From the IMG/VR virus record IMGVR_UViG_3300045988_062794: a stretch of DNA of 64,000 nucleotides, one strand, 5' to 3'. Positions within the stretch are counted from its first letter, which is position 1, and every line of letters begins with the position of its first letter. A program made the translations under genes and the position numbers. Under the pieces are notes generated by a model. It was not told the origin of the DNA and searched no databases. It saw only the letters and a program-made list of their open reading frames with translations. Below, one piece after another: positions 24,351 through 33,596 of the stretch. This DNA is from a virus.

Positions 24351-26644
24351 TTAACATTGTGCTTACTGTAGAATGGCACCAGGGAAAACGAGTCTACCCC
24401 TGTAGTAAGAAGATAGATAGTGGTATTGTAGCTGATACACTTAAAAAGCAATAAAATCAGCGTATATAAATTACGATAAATCTGATCAATTTATGGTTTG
24501 TATAGACAAGTAATACAGAATACGAGAATATGATAACAGCTAACACTGTGATTCAAAAGGTAGTATAATAACTTGCTGTGGATTTATTACTTTATCCATG
24601 AAGAATCAGCAAGAAAATGGGTAACGGGTATAACCCATAAAGCTCGAGAACCGTCTGGTGGAGCGATTACAACACGGCACGTAGGTCAGCAGACACGAAG
24701 GCAAAGTATACAAATGGGGTACAAATCCTTAAGTAAGTAGAAATGGCAATTCTACTGAATCCCCAATAGAGTCTGTAGGTACTATCAAGTACGGCATCAC
24801 AGAAGGACGAAAAGGGTTAATTATCGTTAGAATTCCAAACTAATGATAGCCGTTTAGACTGACTAACGTCTTCGATGGGTCCAAACTATCGTTAAAAATA
24901 GCTACTTCTAGTGTTCTACTCTACTGTTATTACTGCTTTGTATTACAGTAATAAAGATCTTGACAACATAACATATGGTATAGTTATGGATGAGTATGTG
25001 AAAGGAAGGATTCAAACCAAGAAAATTAATAATCGAAACTAAAAGCTGAGTGGCTATGATCCATACAAAGTTAAAGAGGTAACGGACTTTAATAGCGTAT
25101 GACAGATTATCCGGAGCAGGTGCCAAACCTGTGCTTGAGAAAGCTTATTAGAATGTTCACTTAGCCTTGCAAACTAAGTTAAATAGTTCTTTTAAGGGGG
25201 TATTCCAGGTGCTAGGTCTAGATTATGTGGGAGAGATTACCACGTCTTTGCGAAATCAAGGATTAAGAAAGGTATAAGGTTTGAAGAACAGTGACCGAGT
25301 TTTGTGCTTACATTATTTAATGAGAGTTATGTCACTATAAGTCATGGAAACTAAGCACACAGTGGTAAAAGTACTGAGAACTACTACCAAACAACAGAGG
25401 TGCAGTAGCGATGCACGTTGTACGCAATAAAAAAGGAATCCTACCGCCTGCGGTGTTTTAAAGGTGTAGGTAAGTTTAGTTAAAGCTTTCTTTAATAGAT
25501 ATAACGAAAGTGGGGCTAATGTATAGTCAATGGGCTAAATTCAAGTCTGTTAATCCAGAGAAATGTAAATGTTACGATGTTTACCTGAATCCAACGATTC
25601 ATCACTGGCTCGAGAGTTAACGAGACTCTTAAATAAAAGCGTGGATAACATGTCTAACTAACGTAGGTCCAAAAACCGAATAATAAATCTGTGGAAGTCC
25701 TCGCTAAGGAAACTGACTGCGACCACAGCTTGGCGAATGCGATTGCTTAGTAGTATCAGGGTATAATGCGCAACATTATATGTCCGAGAGAAAGCGTCTC
25801 ATTGAAGCTTATAGACCTTTAAGAGTGAACCTAATAGGGAAACTATACTTATAGACCTGTCATAAGCGAGAGTAGATGAGAAGAGGTGAAAGTCCTCAAT
25901 CTTCAACCAAGTAAAATAAATAAAATCCTAGTCATGGTTACGTTGGCATCCCTATACTTAGTAATAAGTATTATATGGCGTAAGAAGTAGGTATTAGTGA
26001 ATAACTATATGAATCCTATAAGTTATTACAAATAACAAAGAATGATGAAACTTACTTCATTCACTTCGCAGTTTTAGTAACGTTCTGAAAAACGACCGGA
26101 CATAACTACTTGCCCGATAGAGAGTTTTATTTTGTTGCCACATAAAATAATTATTAGAGGTCAATCTCTGGATAATCTAAAAGTTAGGCAGTTGTACGCT
26201 GTTTTATGTGAGTGCAGTTGGTCCTGAGACACCAGGAGAACCTTGGCAAAATATTACGGATCCTCTATGATAACGATTGTAGAGTATTTCACACATATTG
26301 ACTGAACTAAGAGAATCCTTCGAAGAGTCTCATTAGCTCTGGTCATAAAGCGATTTGATAGTTCCAAAGTAAGATAAATAAGTAATTTTGTAGTATCTGT
26401 CTCATATTATAAAAGGATATAGCAATAGCATAATATCAAGAAAGTTTATCTCGCTTCTAAAACAAATTAAAGTAAAAACAGTTTCTTTTCGTATTTCTAT
26501 CTCAGTATCTCTTGAATGAGACACGACCGTGGTTTTAACCTATCTGATATAAGATGATGATAAATCGTGCATAAAAACAAAGAGAAGAATACGGAGCACC
26601 AATTAAAATTATTATTAACAAACTTATCAAAAGGAGAAAATAAA
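24351..26644 (+). other. 2.3-kb ORF-free, G+C-enriched, hairpin-dense region; candidate large structured non-coding RNA locus (strand inferred from context only)
   Basis: The track has no plus-strand ORF of 60 codons or more and only one 72-codon minus ORF. TAA, TAG and TGA all recur in every frame I read. Hand-counted lines 24601-24660 and 24661-24720 are 27/60 and 30/60 G+C, against 14-15/60 in typical gene lines. Confidence 0.5.
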
Positions 26645-27211
26645 ATGGCAAATATCAATTATAGTTTAGTAGTTGCATCTCAGTTAGGTGCACTTTTAGG
26701 AATGAATCTCATTCACATTCGTCGCAAAAATGTAGATCCCGACTATTCTAACAAAGAACGGGAAGGTAAACAACGTCTGGCAATTCCAGTATATATCTAT
26801 GGTATTGACCGTATTAAGATTAAGAAAGCTGAACTTGTAGACCTTGGTGAAGGTCAGCGGATTGTTCAGTTTAATGATGATCCGAAATTGCAGTTATCTC
26901 TGGCAAATGCAAAAGATATCACAGATGTTATTAAGAAACCAACTGTTCAGGAGGTTGCGAATGCTGTAATGGCTGAAGAAGCCAGTGCGCAACAGACGTT
27001 CTTTGTAGACGACAAAACTGCAACAGAACTTGCGGTTTCCTTTAACAACAGATCGTATAAGGAACTTTCCTCCATGATGGAGGTGCTCTCACGTCAGGCA
27101 GCCTGTTTAACGGATGCTAATGACGCTATGATGAATGCTTGCAAGTTAGAAATGGCACAGGTAGGTAAAAGTGTCGATTTCGTTCCCATTAACGTTAATG
27201 AAACAAAATAA
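26645..27211 (+). CDS. hypothetical protein (189 aa; start moved to ATG at 26645)
   Basis: AAGGAGAAAATAAA precedes the ATG. The track start at 26567 is a GTG without such a site. Confidence 0.55.
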   Translation: MANINYSLVVASQLGALLGMNLIHIRRKNVDPDYSNKEREGKQRLAIPVYIYGIDRIKIKKAELVDLGEGQRIVQFNDDPKLQLSLANAKDITDVIKKPTVQEVANAVMAEEASAQQTFFVDDKTATELAVSFNNRSYKELSSMMEVLSRQAACLTDANDAMMNACKLEMAQVGKSVDFVPINVNETK

Positions 27212-27729
27212 TGACAGAACTAAGCAAGACTTCGAAGTTAAATCTCGAACGTATTCTTGCAGATGAAGATATTCGTAGCTCTTTGCTTTATAATGGCAAA
27301 AAGCCAGGTATCTTTAAATTAAATGCAGATGGATCGCTTACACTTGGTGAAACTACATTTGGTTGGTGGAATAGTTTTATTGGGTGTCAGCAGCACTTAA
27401 GCTTTTCAGATCTGACTGTACATTTGATTAATTTCATGGCTGGTGTTGGTAAAAATCAAAATGATTTTGCTCTGAATGGATTATTCCAAGATTTCGTTAA
27501 CTTTGCACTTAAGCAGAAAGACAAGAATAGGATGGTAGATATCTTGTTAACTGCATATTTGTATGGTTATAAAGAAATACAGAAGGATGGAAGGAAACCT
27601 TCTGTGGATACAGTAATTAATTCAGTTATCAGACAACAAGATGTTCGTGATTTAGATGGTGTCGCTGTTTTAACCAGCGATGGTCCTGTATTACTAAGAA
27701 ATAACTTAGTATTCCAAAGACTTAAATAG
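27211..27729 (+). CDS. hypothetical protein (172 aa)
   Basis: ORF whose start overlaps the upstream stop (ATAATG). Confidence 0.55.
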   Translation: MTELSKTSKLNLERILADEDIRSSLLYNGKKPGIFKLNADGSLTLGETTFGWWNSFIGCQQHLSFSDLTVHLINFMAGVGKNQNDFALNGLFQDFVNFALKQKDKNRMVDILLTAYLYGYKEIQKDGRKPSVDTVINSVIRQQDVRDLDGVAVLTSDGPVLLRNNLVFQRLK

Positions 27730-27806
27730 GATATATCAATATGTTTTTGAATTAGGAAGGTATAATAAACATTAGTATATATGTTATTTTCGTAAAAAAT
27801 ATAGTA

Positions 27807-27836
27807 AAAGGATTAGGAAGGTTATCCTTTTATATT
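27807..27836 (+). terminator. hairpin terminator candidate
   Basis: AAAGGAT (27807-27813) pairs with ATCCTTT (27824-27830), followed by a T/A-rich tail. Confidence 0.4.
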
Positions 27837-27990
27837 GCTGTGATATGGTACTTATAAAAGAGTGCTAAGTGAAGGAAAGCCCCGAGAATAAGAAGGGGAT
27901 GCTTCATCGAGGAAGACACAGCATCGATACATGTGAGCGTATTATCAAAATATTTACTCATATAAAATTATTAATTTAAAATATTTTTAT

Positions 27991-29304
27991 ATGGTTAAAA
28001 CGTACAATAACATTGCAGAATATGCCAAAAAGTTACTAATTGAAGCAAATCCGTATATTGATGAAAAAGATATTTATATCACAGCTAATACAGATATAGC
28101 TAGTACTTTTCGAATATTAAAAGAAAAAGACTTAGCCTGTATTGACACAAGTGGTACTGAAGAAATACCATTAATACATTATACTATTTATAGTGAATCT
28201 TTAAAAGAAAAAGAGAAAGCATTTAGTAAAGAACGAGCATGTGAGCGTATTTTACAAGGTATAACTTCATATTCTTGTGAAGGGTTTACTGTAATTTCAG
28301 TTAGAGTAATTAATAAAGAAGAATCGCCAAGTGAAGAAGATTTTATACTATATGCTTTTACTGAAGCTATGTATAATCGAGCATTTGAATTAGCCTATAA
28401 AGAAGGAGAGATCAAATACACTATCGTACCAGATAATGGTATACATCGTGCAATCGTGCGTGATTCTATGATGGGAAAATATCTTGAATATATTAAAGTA
28501 GAAGATATACCGTCTAATAGTGCTATTCATCAATGCAAAGAAGATATTCTTAAAAGTGCAGAGTTCTTCTTTAAGAATATTCCATTATTCTCACGATTTG
28601 GACAGAAACCGTTACGTAAGTTCTTATTGTGTGGAGAACCTGGAACAGGTAAAACTTCTATTTGTTATGATATTGCTAAGGAATATCAGAAAGATATACC
28701 TATAGTATTTGTGACAGATTTTGATTCTTTAGCAAAACACATTTCAGAATGTGCAAAGGTTAATAAACGAACCATTGTAGTATTTGAAGATTGTGAAGTT
28801 GGCTTCCGTAATTCTGCAATTGACTCTTCAATTCTTAACTTCCTTGATGGTATTGATCGACCGAATATTCAGGATGGTGCTATAGTTATTATGACTACTA
28901 ATCATCCAGAACGTATTGAGGCTCGTATTACCAAACGTCCAGGTCGTATCGATAAGTTATTCTTTATAAACGCCTTAGAAGGACAATCAGCAATTGATGT
29001 CTTTAACCTTTACTTTGGTGAATTTATGAAGGAAAATAATTTTGATGCTACTACTCAAACAGCAAAAGAAGCTATTGAAATTATTGCTTCTGGTATGACT
29101 GGTGCTCAGATTAAGGAATTATTTAACAGTTATGTTTGTTACATGGTATCAGAAGCAAAAGATTTTAACCTCAATGACGTATTTAATACGAAAGTTGAAT
29201 TGTTTAAATCTTTTGATGACATGGACAAGAACTATAACTCTATAGAAGCTAATAAAGAGTTTGATAAAGCTCGAGGTAAAATTCTATCTGTTTTGAACAG
29301 ATAA
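27991..29304 (+). CDS. AAA+ ATPase (classic AAA clade)
   Basis: Walker A GEPGTGKT, Walker B VVFEDCE, and sensor/arginine-finger region MTTNHPERIEARITKRPGRIDKL. Confidence 0.75.
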   Translation: MVKTYNNIAEYAKKLLIEANPYIDEKDIYITANTDIASTFRILKEKDLACIDTSGTEEIPLIHYTIYSESLKEKEKAFSKERACERILQGITSYSCEGFTVISVRVINKEESPSEEDFILYAFTEAMYNRAFELAYKEGEIKYTIVPDNGIHRAIVRDSMMGKYLEYIKVEDIPSNSAIHQCKEDILKSAEFFFKNIPLFSRFGQKPLRKFLLCGEPGTGKTSICYDIAKEYQKDIPIVFVTDFDSLAKHISECAKVNKRTIVVFEDCEVGFRNSAIDSSILNFLDGIDRPNIQDGAIVIMTTNHPERIEARITKRPGRIDKLFFINALEGQSAIDVFNLYFGEFMKENNFDATTQTAKEAIEIIASGMTGAQIKELFNSYVCYMVSEAKDFNLNDVFNTKVELFKSFDDMDKNYNSIEANKEFDKARGKILSVLNR

Positions 29305-29310
29305 GCATAG

Positions 29311-29338
29311 AGTAGGAGAAATTAAGTTTTCTCCTACT
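29311..29338 (+). terminator. strong hairpin after the AAA+ gene
   Basis: AGTAGGAGAA (29311-29320) pairs with TTCTCCTACT (29329-29338), giving 10 bp around an 8-nt loop. There is no clear U tract. Confidence 0.4.
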
Positions 29339-29391
29339 TACACTGGTAATTGATGCAAAATCGATAGTATTAATTTTAAAATCAAATCGAT

Positions 29392-29922
29392 ATGTTGACA
29401 TCAAAAGATATTATTACAAAACGCGACACTTTGTCTGAAACCATTACTCGTAATTGGGATATCATTAAGAGTGAAAACGTAGTTTTTCGTGGTTATAAAC
29501 GTAACTATGATATGAAGTTAGTTCTTGATAACATTTTAACTCTGTGTAAGGAAAGAATTGAAGTAAAACTTCAGTCTTTAGCATTAAACCTTGGATTCGA
29601 AGATATTGACGATCTTCCCGAGGATAATAATTATGCTACAATCTATGCTATAAGTGAATTGAAAGAGATTCACAAGCAGTTAGGCATTGTTCCTACAATC
29701 GACCCAGAGATTATTAAAAAATACGGTAAGAAGAAAATGCGTAAAACGCAGATTTTGAGTCGAGCATATATTACGACCCTACGGAATACTATTCAGATTC
29801 AAATCAATACTCTTACTGTAGAACTTGAAAACTTCAATAGCAGTCATTCATTGAAAAATGGTGATCGTAAGAAAGGAAAGTCTGTTACAATGGACTTCTC
29901 TAAACAGAAAGCTGCTGCATAA
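29392..29922 (+). CDS. hypothetical protein (176 aa)
   Basis: ORF. Confidence 0.55.
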   Translation: MLTSKDIITKRDTLSETITRNWDIIKSENVVFRGYKRNYDMKLVLDNILTLCKERIEVKLQSLALNLGFEDIDDLPEDNNYATIYAISELKEIHKQLGIVPTIDPEIIKKYGKKKMRKTQILSRAYITTLRNTIQIQINTLTVELENFNSSHSLKNGDRKKGKSVTMDFSKQKAAA

Positions 29923-29964
29923 TCGTTTGAAAGTCTCTGAAAATTTTACGGCAATTTGCTTGCC

Positions 29965-30030
29965 TTGTGTATAGTTTAATGGTAGAATATCTCGAAAGAG
30001 AAGATATGAGTTCGAGCCTCATTACACAAC
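29965..30030 (+). ncRNA. tRNA-like element 4 (66 nt), anticodon arm replaced by 4-bp stem + GAAA tetraloop
   Basis: TTGTGTA TA GTTT-AATGGTA-GAAT A TCTC-GAAA-GAGA AGAT ATGAG-TTCGAGC-CTCAT TACACAA C. Twin of 19592..19657. Confidence 0.7.
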
Positions 30031-30080
30031 TCCGTTACAAATTAACATTTTACATTAACATCAAATTAATTAAGTAAGAT

Positions 30081-30875
30081 ATGGAAACAATTCATTTATA
30101 CAAAACAAAGAAAGAACTGATTGAAGAAAGTTCAAAACGTGGTATTACAGTAAAACAACTTATCGCTGAAATTAAAGCAACAGCAAAGGCTGAACGGCGA
30201 AAGAAAGTATTATCTCATCAACAGAAATTAAACTATTGGAAAGTACATCGCTTTGATGCTGATGTACAACTTGTCAAGAAACATACTTCAGCTCAAGCTC
30301 GTTTTGAGAAGGTAATTCAAGACAAGATTAAAGGTCTTCATCAGTTTAAGAAACAGACAAATATGTCTGATGAAGCTTTTGAAGCGGCAAAAGAACGTAT
30401 TGAAAAGCACTCACAGAGAGAAAAAGCTCTCGAAGAGAGACGAGCTGATCGTAGAGCTCGAATCGAGAAAGAAGCTCTCAGAGTCACAAAAAAGATGAAA
30501 AGTGACTTAGAAAGATTTATCCAGGCTGAACAATTACGAAAGACTCGAAAAGAGGAGAAACGGTCCAAATATGCCGGCAAAAAAGTGAAGGTCGCTCCTC
30601 GACCCATTGTAGACAACCCTCTTGTTAAGCTAAAGAAAGGAGAAGCTATTTATAGTATCGAAATTCGTTACCTTAACAGCAAGAGTGTTCTTCCTCCAAC
30701 GTCTCCCTACACTATCGACAAGTTAGAGAAACGTATGTCTGATATTCATACTTATCAGTTAGGAAAGAAGAACAATGGTTATATAGGTGTATATGCCTAC
30801 AATATTGCTAATCCTTCTATTTGCGTGAAGGAAATGGTTAAGCCAGAAGAATCAAAACTTGATTCTGCAGCTTAA
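30081..30875 (+). CDS. hypothetical highly basic K/R/E-rich protein (264 aa)
   Basis: ORF. Confidence 0.55.
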   Translation: METIHLYKTKKELIEESSKRGITVKQLIAEIKATAKAERRKKVLSHQQKLNYWKVHRFDADVQLVKKHTSAQARFEKVIQDKIKGLHQFKKQTNMSDEAFEAAKERIEKHSQREKALEERRADRRARIEKEALRVTKKMKSDLERFIQAEQLRKTRKEEKRSKYAGKKVKVAPRPIVDNPLVKLKKGEAIYSIEIRYLNSKSVLPPTSPYTIDKLEKRMSDIHTYQLGKKNNGYIGVYAYNIANPSICVKEMVKPEESKLDSAA

Positions 30876-30909
30876 CAAGCACAGGGGCGCGTCTGTAACG
30901 CGCAATAAG

Positions 30910-31006
30910 GTAGGATAATAGTGTGATAAGCTATAAAAGGCACTATACAGTTTTGTGGGAACGAAACTAGGCGCATGTATAGGGCAGTTCGATACTGCAT
31001 CCTACC
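30910..31006 (+). ncRNA. tRNA-like element 5 (97 nt): perfect 7-bp acceptor closure and T-loop hairpin, non-tRNA interior
   Basis: GTAGGAT (30910-30916) pairs with ATCCTAC (30999-31005). T hairpin is GCAG-TTCGATA-CTGC. The interior holds TAGTG/CACTA and AGTTT/AAACT hairpins. Confidence 0.45.
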
Positions 31007-31022
31007 ACTAAATAACCACACT

Positions 31023-32972
31023 ATGAAAATTAGAAACAAACCAGTATTAGTATATGATATTGAAGTATTTCAAAATATCTTTCATTGTACTGTAAAAAAT
31101 ACTGAAACTAATGAACTATTTCTATTTGAAATATCTGAACGTAAGAATCAGTTAAGTGAATTAGTTAAGTTTTTTAAACATTTTGATAATCAAGTTGGTT
31201 CATGGAACCAATCATATACAATAGATTATCAATTTGATACAGATGTAATATTCGCAGGATACAATAATATTCATTATGATAATCCTATTATAAATTATAT
31301 AATAGATTATTATAATCGCATGGTACAAAAACCTTATTGGGAAATTTGTCAGTCTATTTTTAACCTAAGTAAAGTAATACTGTCAAGTAAAGATGGTAAT
31401 GAAGATGCTTGGGAGAAATGGAAATATCAACAATGGTTTGAATCATTTGATATTCTTACTATGCTATATTCAACTCAACTACGTGTTGGCTTGAAAGAAA
31501 TGCAAGTAACAATGCAATATCCCAATGTTCAAGAATTTGTATATGATTGGAGTAGTCCTTTAAAAAAGGAATTATTTGATGAAATGATTCAATATAATAT
31601 AAATGATGTTGAATCTACTTCAGAACTACTACAAAGATGCAAGAAAGATGTTGACCTACGAATTGCAATTGAAGATGAATATGGTGTAAGAGTCTTAAGT
31701 AAAGATGGAGTAAATATCGGTATGAAAATTATTACTCAAAAGTATCTTGAAAAGACAGGGTTAACATGGAAACAGATTAAAGATCTTCGTTCTCCTATGG
31801 ACCTAATTCCACTGAAAGATGTTATACTTCCTTTTGTTAAATATGAATCTCCTATTCTTAAAAACATGCTTGAAGAAATGAAAAAACAAATAGTTCCTCC
31901 AGGTAGAAAAGGATATGAGTATAAATTTATATTTGATAATCTACGTTATTCAGTAGGAGTAGGAGGTATTCATTCAGTAAATAACCCTGAGATTATTATA
32001 CCAAAAGAAGATGAAATGCTAATAGATATAGACGTTGCTTCTCTATATCCAAGTATGCTAATACAATACAAGTTTTATCCTAAACATTTAGGACCTGAAT
32101 TTCTTGAAGTTTATTCTCAAATTAGAGAAGAACGATTAGAAGCAAAAAGAAATGGAAACAAAGTAAAGAATGAAACTTTGAAACTTGCGTTAAATGGTTT
32201 AAGTGGTAATTTACAAAACGAACATAATTTTTGTTATAGTCCTTTTGCAGTAATGCAAATCCGTATTAACGGGCAATTGCTATTACTTATGTTAGCTGAA
32301 TCATTAGTTAAATTAGGCTGTAGAATAGTGCAGGCTAATACTGATGGTTTATTTGTCTTACTTAAGAAAAACAAATACGAACAGGTTAAACAAGCTTGTA
32401 AAGCCTGGGAACAGTTAACAAAGCTTGAACTTGAAGAAGATCGTTTTGAAGCTATGTATCAATTTGCAATTAATGATTATATTGCAATTAAAGAAGGATA
32501 TAAAGCTAATAAAGATGATAAACTTATTAAAAAGAAAGGTATGTTTATTACAGATGTCTTACTTGGTAAAGGTCTTAATCCTAAGATAATACCTGAAGCA
32601 GTTATTAGATATTTTGCAAATGGAATACCTGTGAAAGATACTATAATGAACTGTAAAGACATTCGTAAATTCTTACAAGCTGAAAAAACAGGTAAACAAT
32701 GGACAGTAGAATACAACAATGAAGTACAACAGCGAATTAATCGTTTTTATGTTAGTACAAATGGTTTATATTTATGGAAATGGAAAGATAATAAAGGTAT
32801 AAAAGAGTATCAAAATATGCTTAAAGGATATGGTGTTACTATACTTAATACTCTTCCAGAAGATAAACCCATTGACCAGTATAATATTAATTACACTTAT
32901 TATATTCTACAGGCAACAAAGATTATTAACGCATTAAAGCCACAACAGCTAAGTCTATGGGGCTTTTCATAA
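31023..32972 (+). CDS. family B DNA polymerase (start moved to ATG at 31023)
   Basis: Exo I YDIEVF, Exo II NNIHYDNPII, Exo III YNINDV, motif A DVASLYPS, motif B KLALNGLSG, motif C ANTDGLFV. The track start at 30975 would overlap the tRNA-like element. Confidence 0.85.
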   Translation: MKIRNKPVLVYDIEVFQNIFHCTVKNTETNELFLFEISERKNQLSELVKFFKHFDNQVGSWNQSYTIDYQFDTDVIFAGYNNIHYDNPIINYIIDYYNRMVQKPYWEICQSIFNLSKVILSSKDGNEDAWEKWKYQQWFESFDILTMLYSTQLRVGLKEMQVTMQYPNVQEFVYDWSSPLKKELFDEMIQYNINDVESTSELLQRCKKDVDLRIAIEDEYGVRVLSKDGVNIGMKIITQKYLEKTGLTWKQIKDLRSPMDLIPLKDVILPFVKYESPILKNMLEEMKKQIVPPGRKGYEYKFIFDNLRYSVGVGGIHSVNNPEIIIPKEDEMLIDIDVASLYPSMLIQYKFYPKHLGPEFLEVYSQIREERLEAKRNGNKVKNETLKLALNGLSGNLQNEHNFCYSPFAVMQIRINGQLLLLMLAESLVKLGCRIVQANTDGLFVLLKKNKYEQVKQACKAWEQLTKLELEEDRFEAMYQFAINDYIAIKEGYKANKDDKLIKKKGMFITDVLLGKGLNPKIIPEAVIRYFANGIPVKDTIMNCKDIRKFLQAEKTGKQWTVEYNNEVQQRINRFYVSTNGLYLWKWKDNKGIKEYQNMLKGYGVTILNTLPEDKPIDQYNINYTYYILQATKIINALKPQQLSLWGFS

Positions 32973-33029
32973 CTTAACAAAGACTATCCAATCTATAACA
33001 TAGACTTCTTTTAACGAAAGGAGAAGAAT

Positions 33030-33596
33030 ATGGTATTAGAACTAGATATAAGCTTGATTGATATGATCAAGCCATTAACTATAAATCAGTTAGTGTTCTT
33101 AAATCTTGTATTAGACGTTAATCAAAAAAGCATCAAGCACGTCTCGCAACTCGTCAGTCTGGTGAGCGAGGCAGAAATACAAGATTTAATCAATCGAGGC
33201 TACATAGTAAAAGAGATATCAAATGAAGCAATCACTTATTTGCCTACTGATAATCTTATAAAAATCGTCGAAAGAAAAATTACAATGTTTGACGAATTCT
33301 ATGCAGCTTATCCACAAGTTGTCATTCGACCAGATGGTACAAAGAGTTTTCTTCGAGCAAATGTAAACAATTGCCGTAAAAAGTATAACTCTATAGTAGG
33401 AAAAAGCAAAGCAACTCACCAACATTTAATGGAATGCTTAAAGTTTCAATTAAATGATCTTACTATGACAGGTCGTATGGGTTATATGAAAACTATGTGG
33501 AAATGGTTAACCCAGTGTGAGTGGGAATCACTCGATGAGCAAATGAAGTCTAATGAAATAACAGAAGCAAACACATATGGAACAACCCTTATATAA
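33030..33596 (+). CDS. hypothetical protein (188 aa), replication-module position
   Basis: ORF between the polymerase and helicase genes. Confidence 0.5.
   Translation: MVLELDISLIDMIKPLTINQLVFLNLVLDVNQKSIKHVSQLVSLVSEAEIQDLINRGYIVKEISNEAITYLPTDNLIKIVERKITMFDEFYAAYPQVVIRPDGTKSFLRANVNNCRKKYNSIVGKSKATHQHLMECLKFQLNDLTMTGRMGYMKTMWKWLTQCEWESLDEQMKSNEITEANTYGTTLI

Noticed and set aside
24908-25126. 72-codon minus-strand ORF, the only track ORF inside the 2.3-kb ORF-free region
   Set aside because: It is isolated and antisense to the surrounding transcription direction. It overlaps a 9-bp hairpin, and its hydrophobic low-complexity product has no recognisable motif. It is most likely chance.
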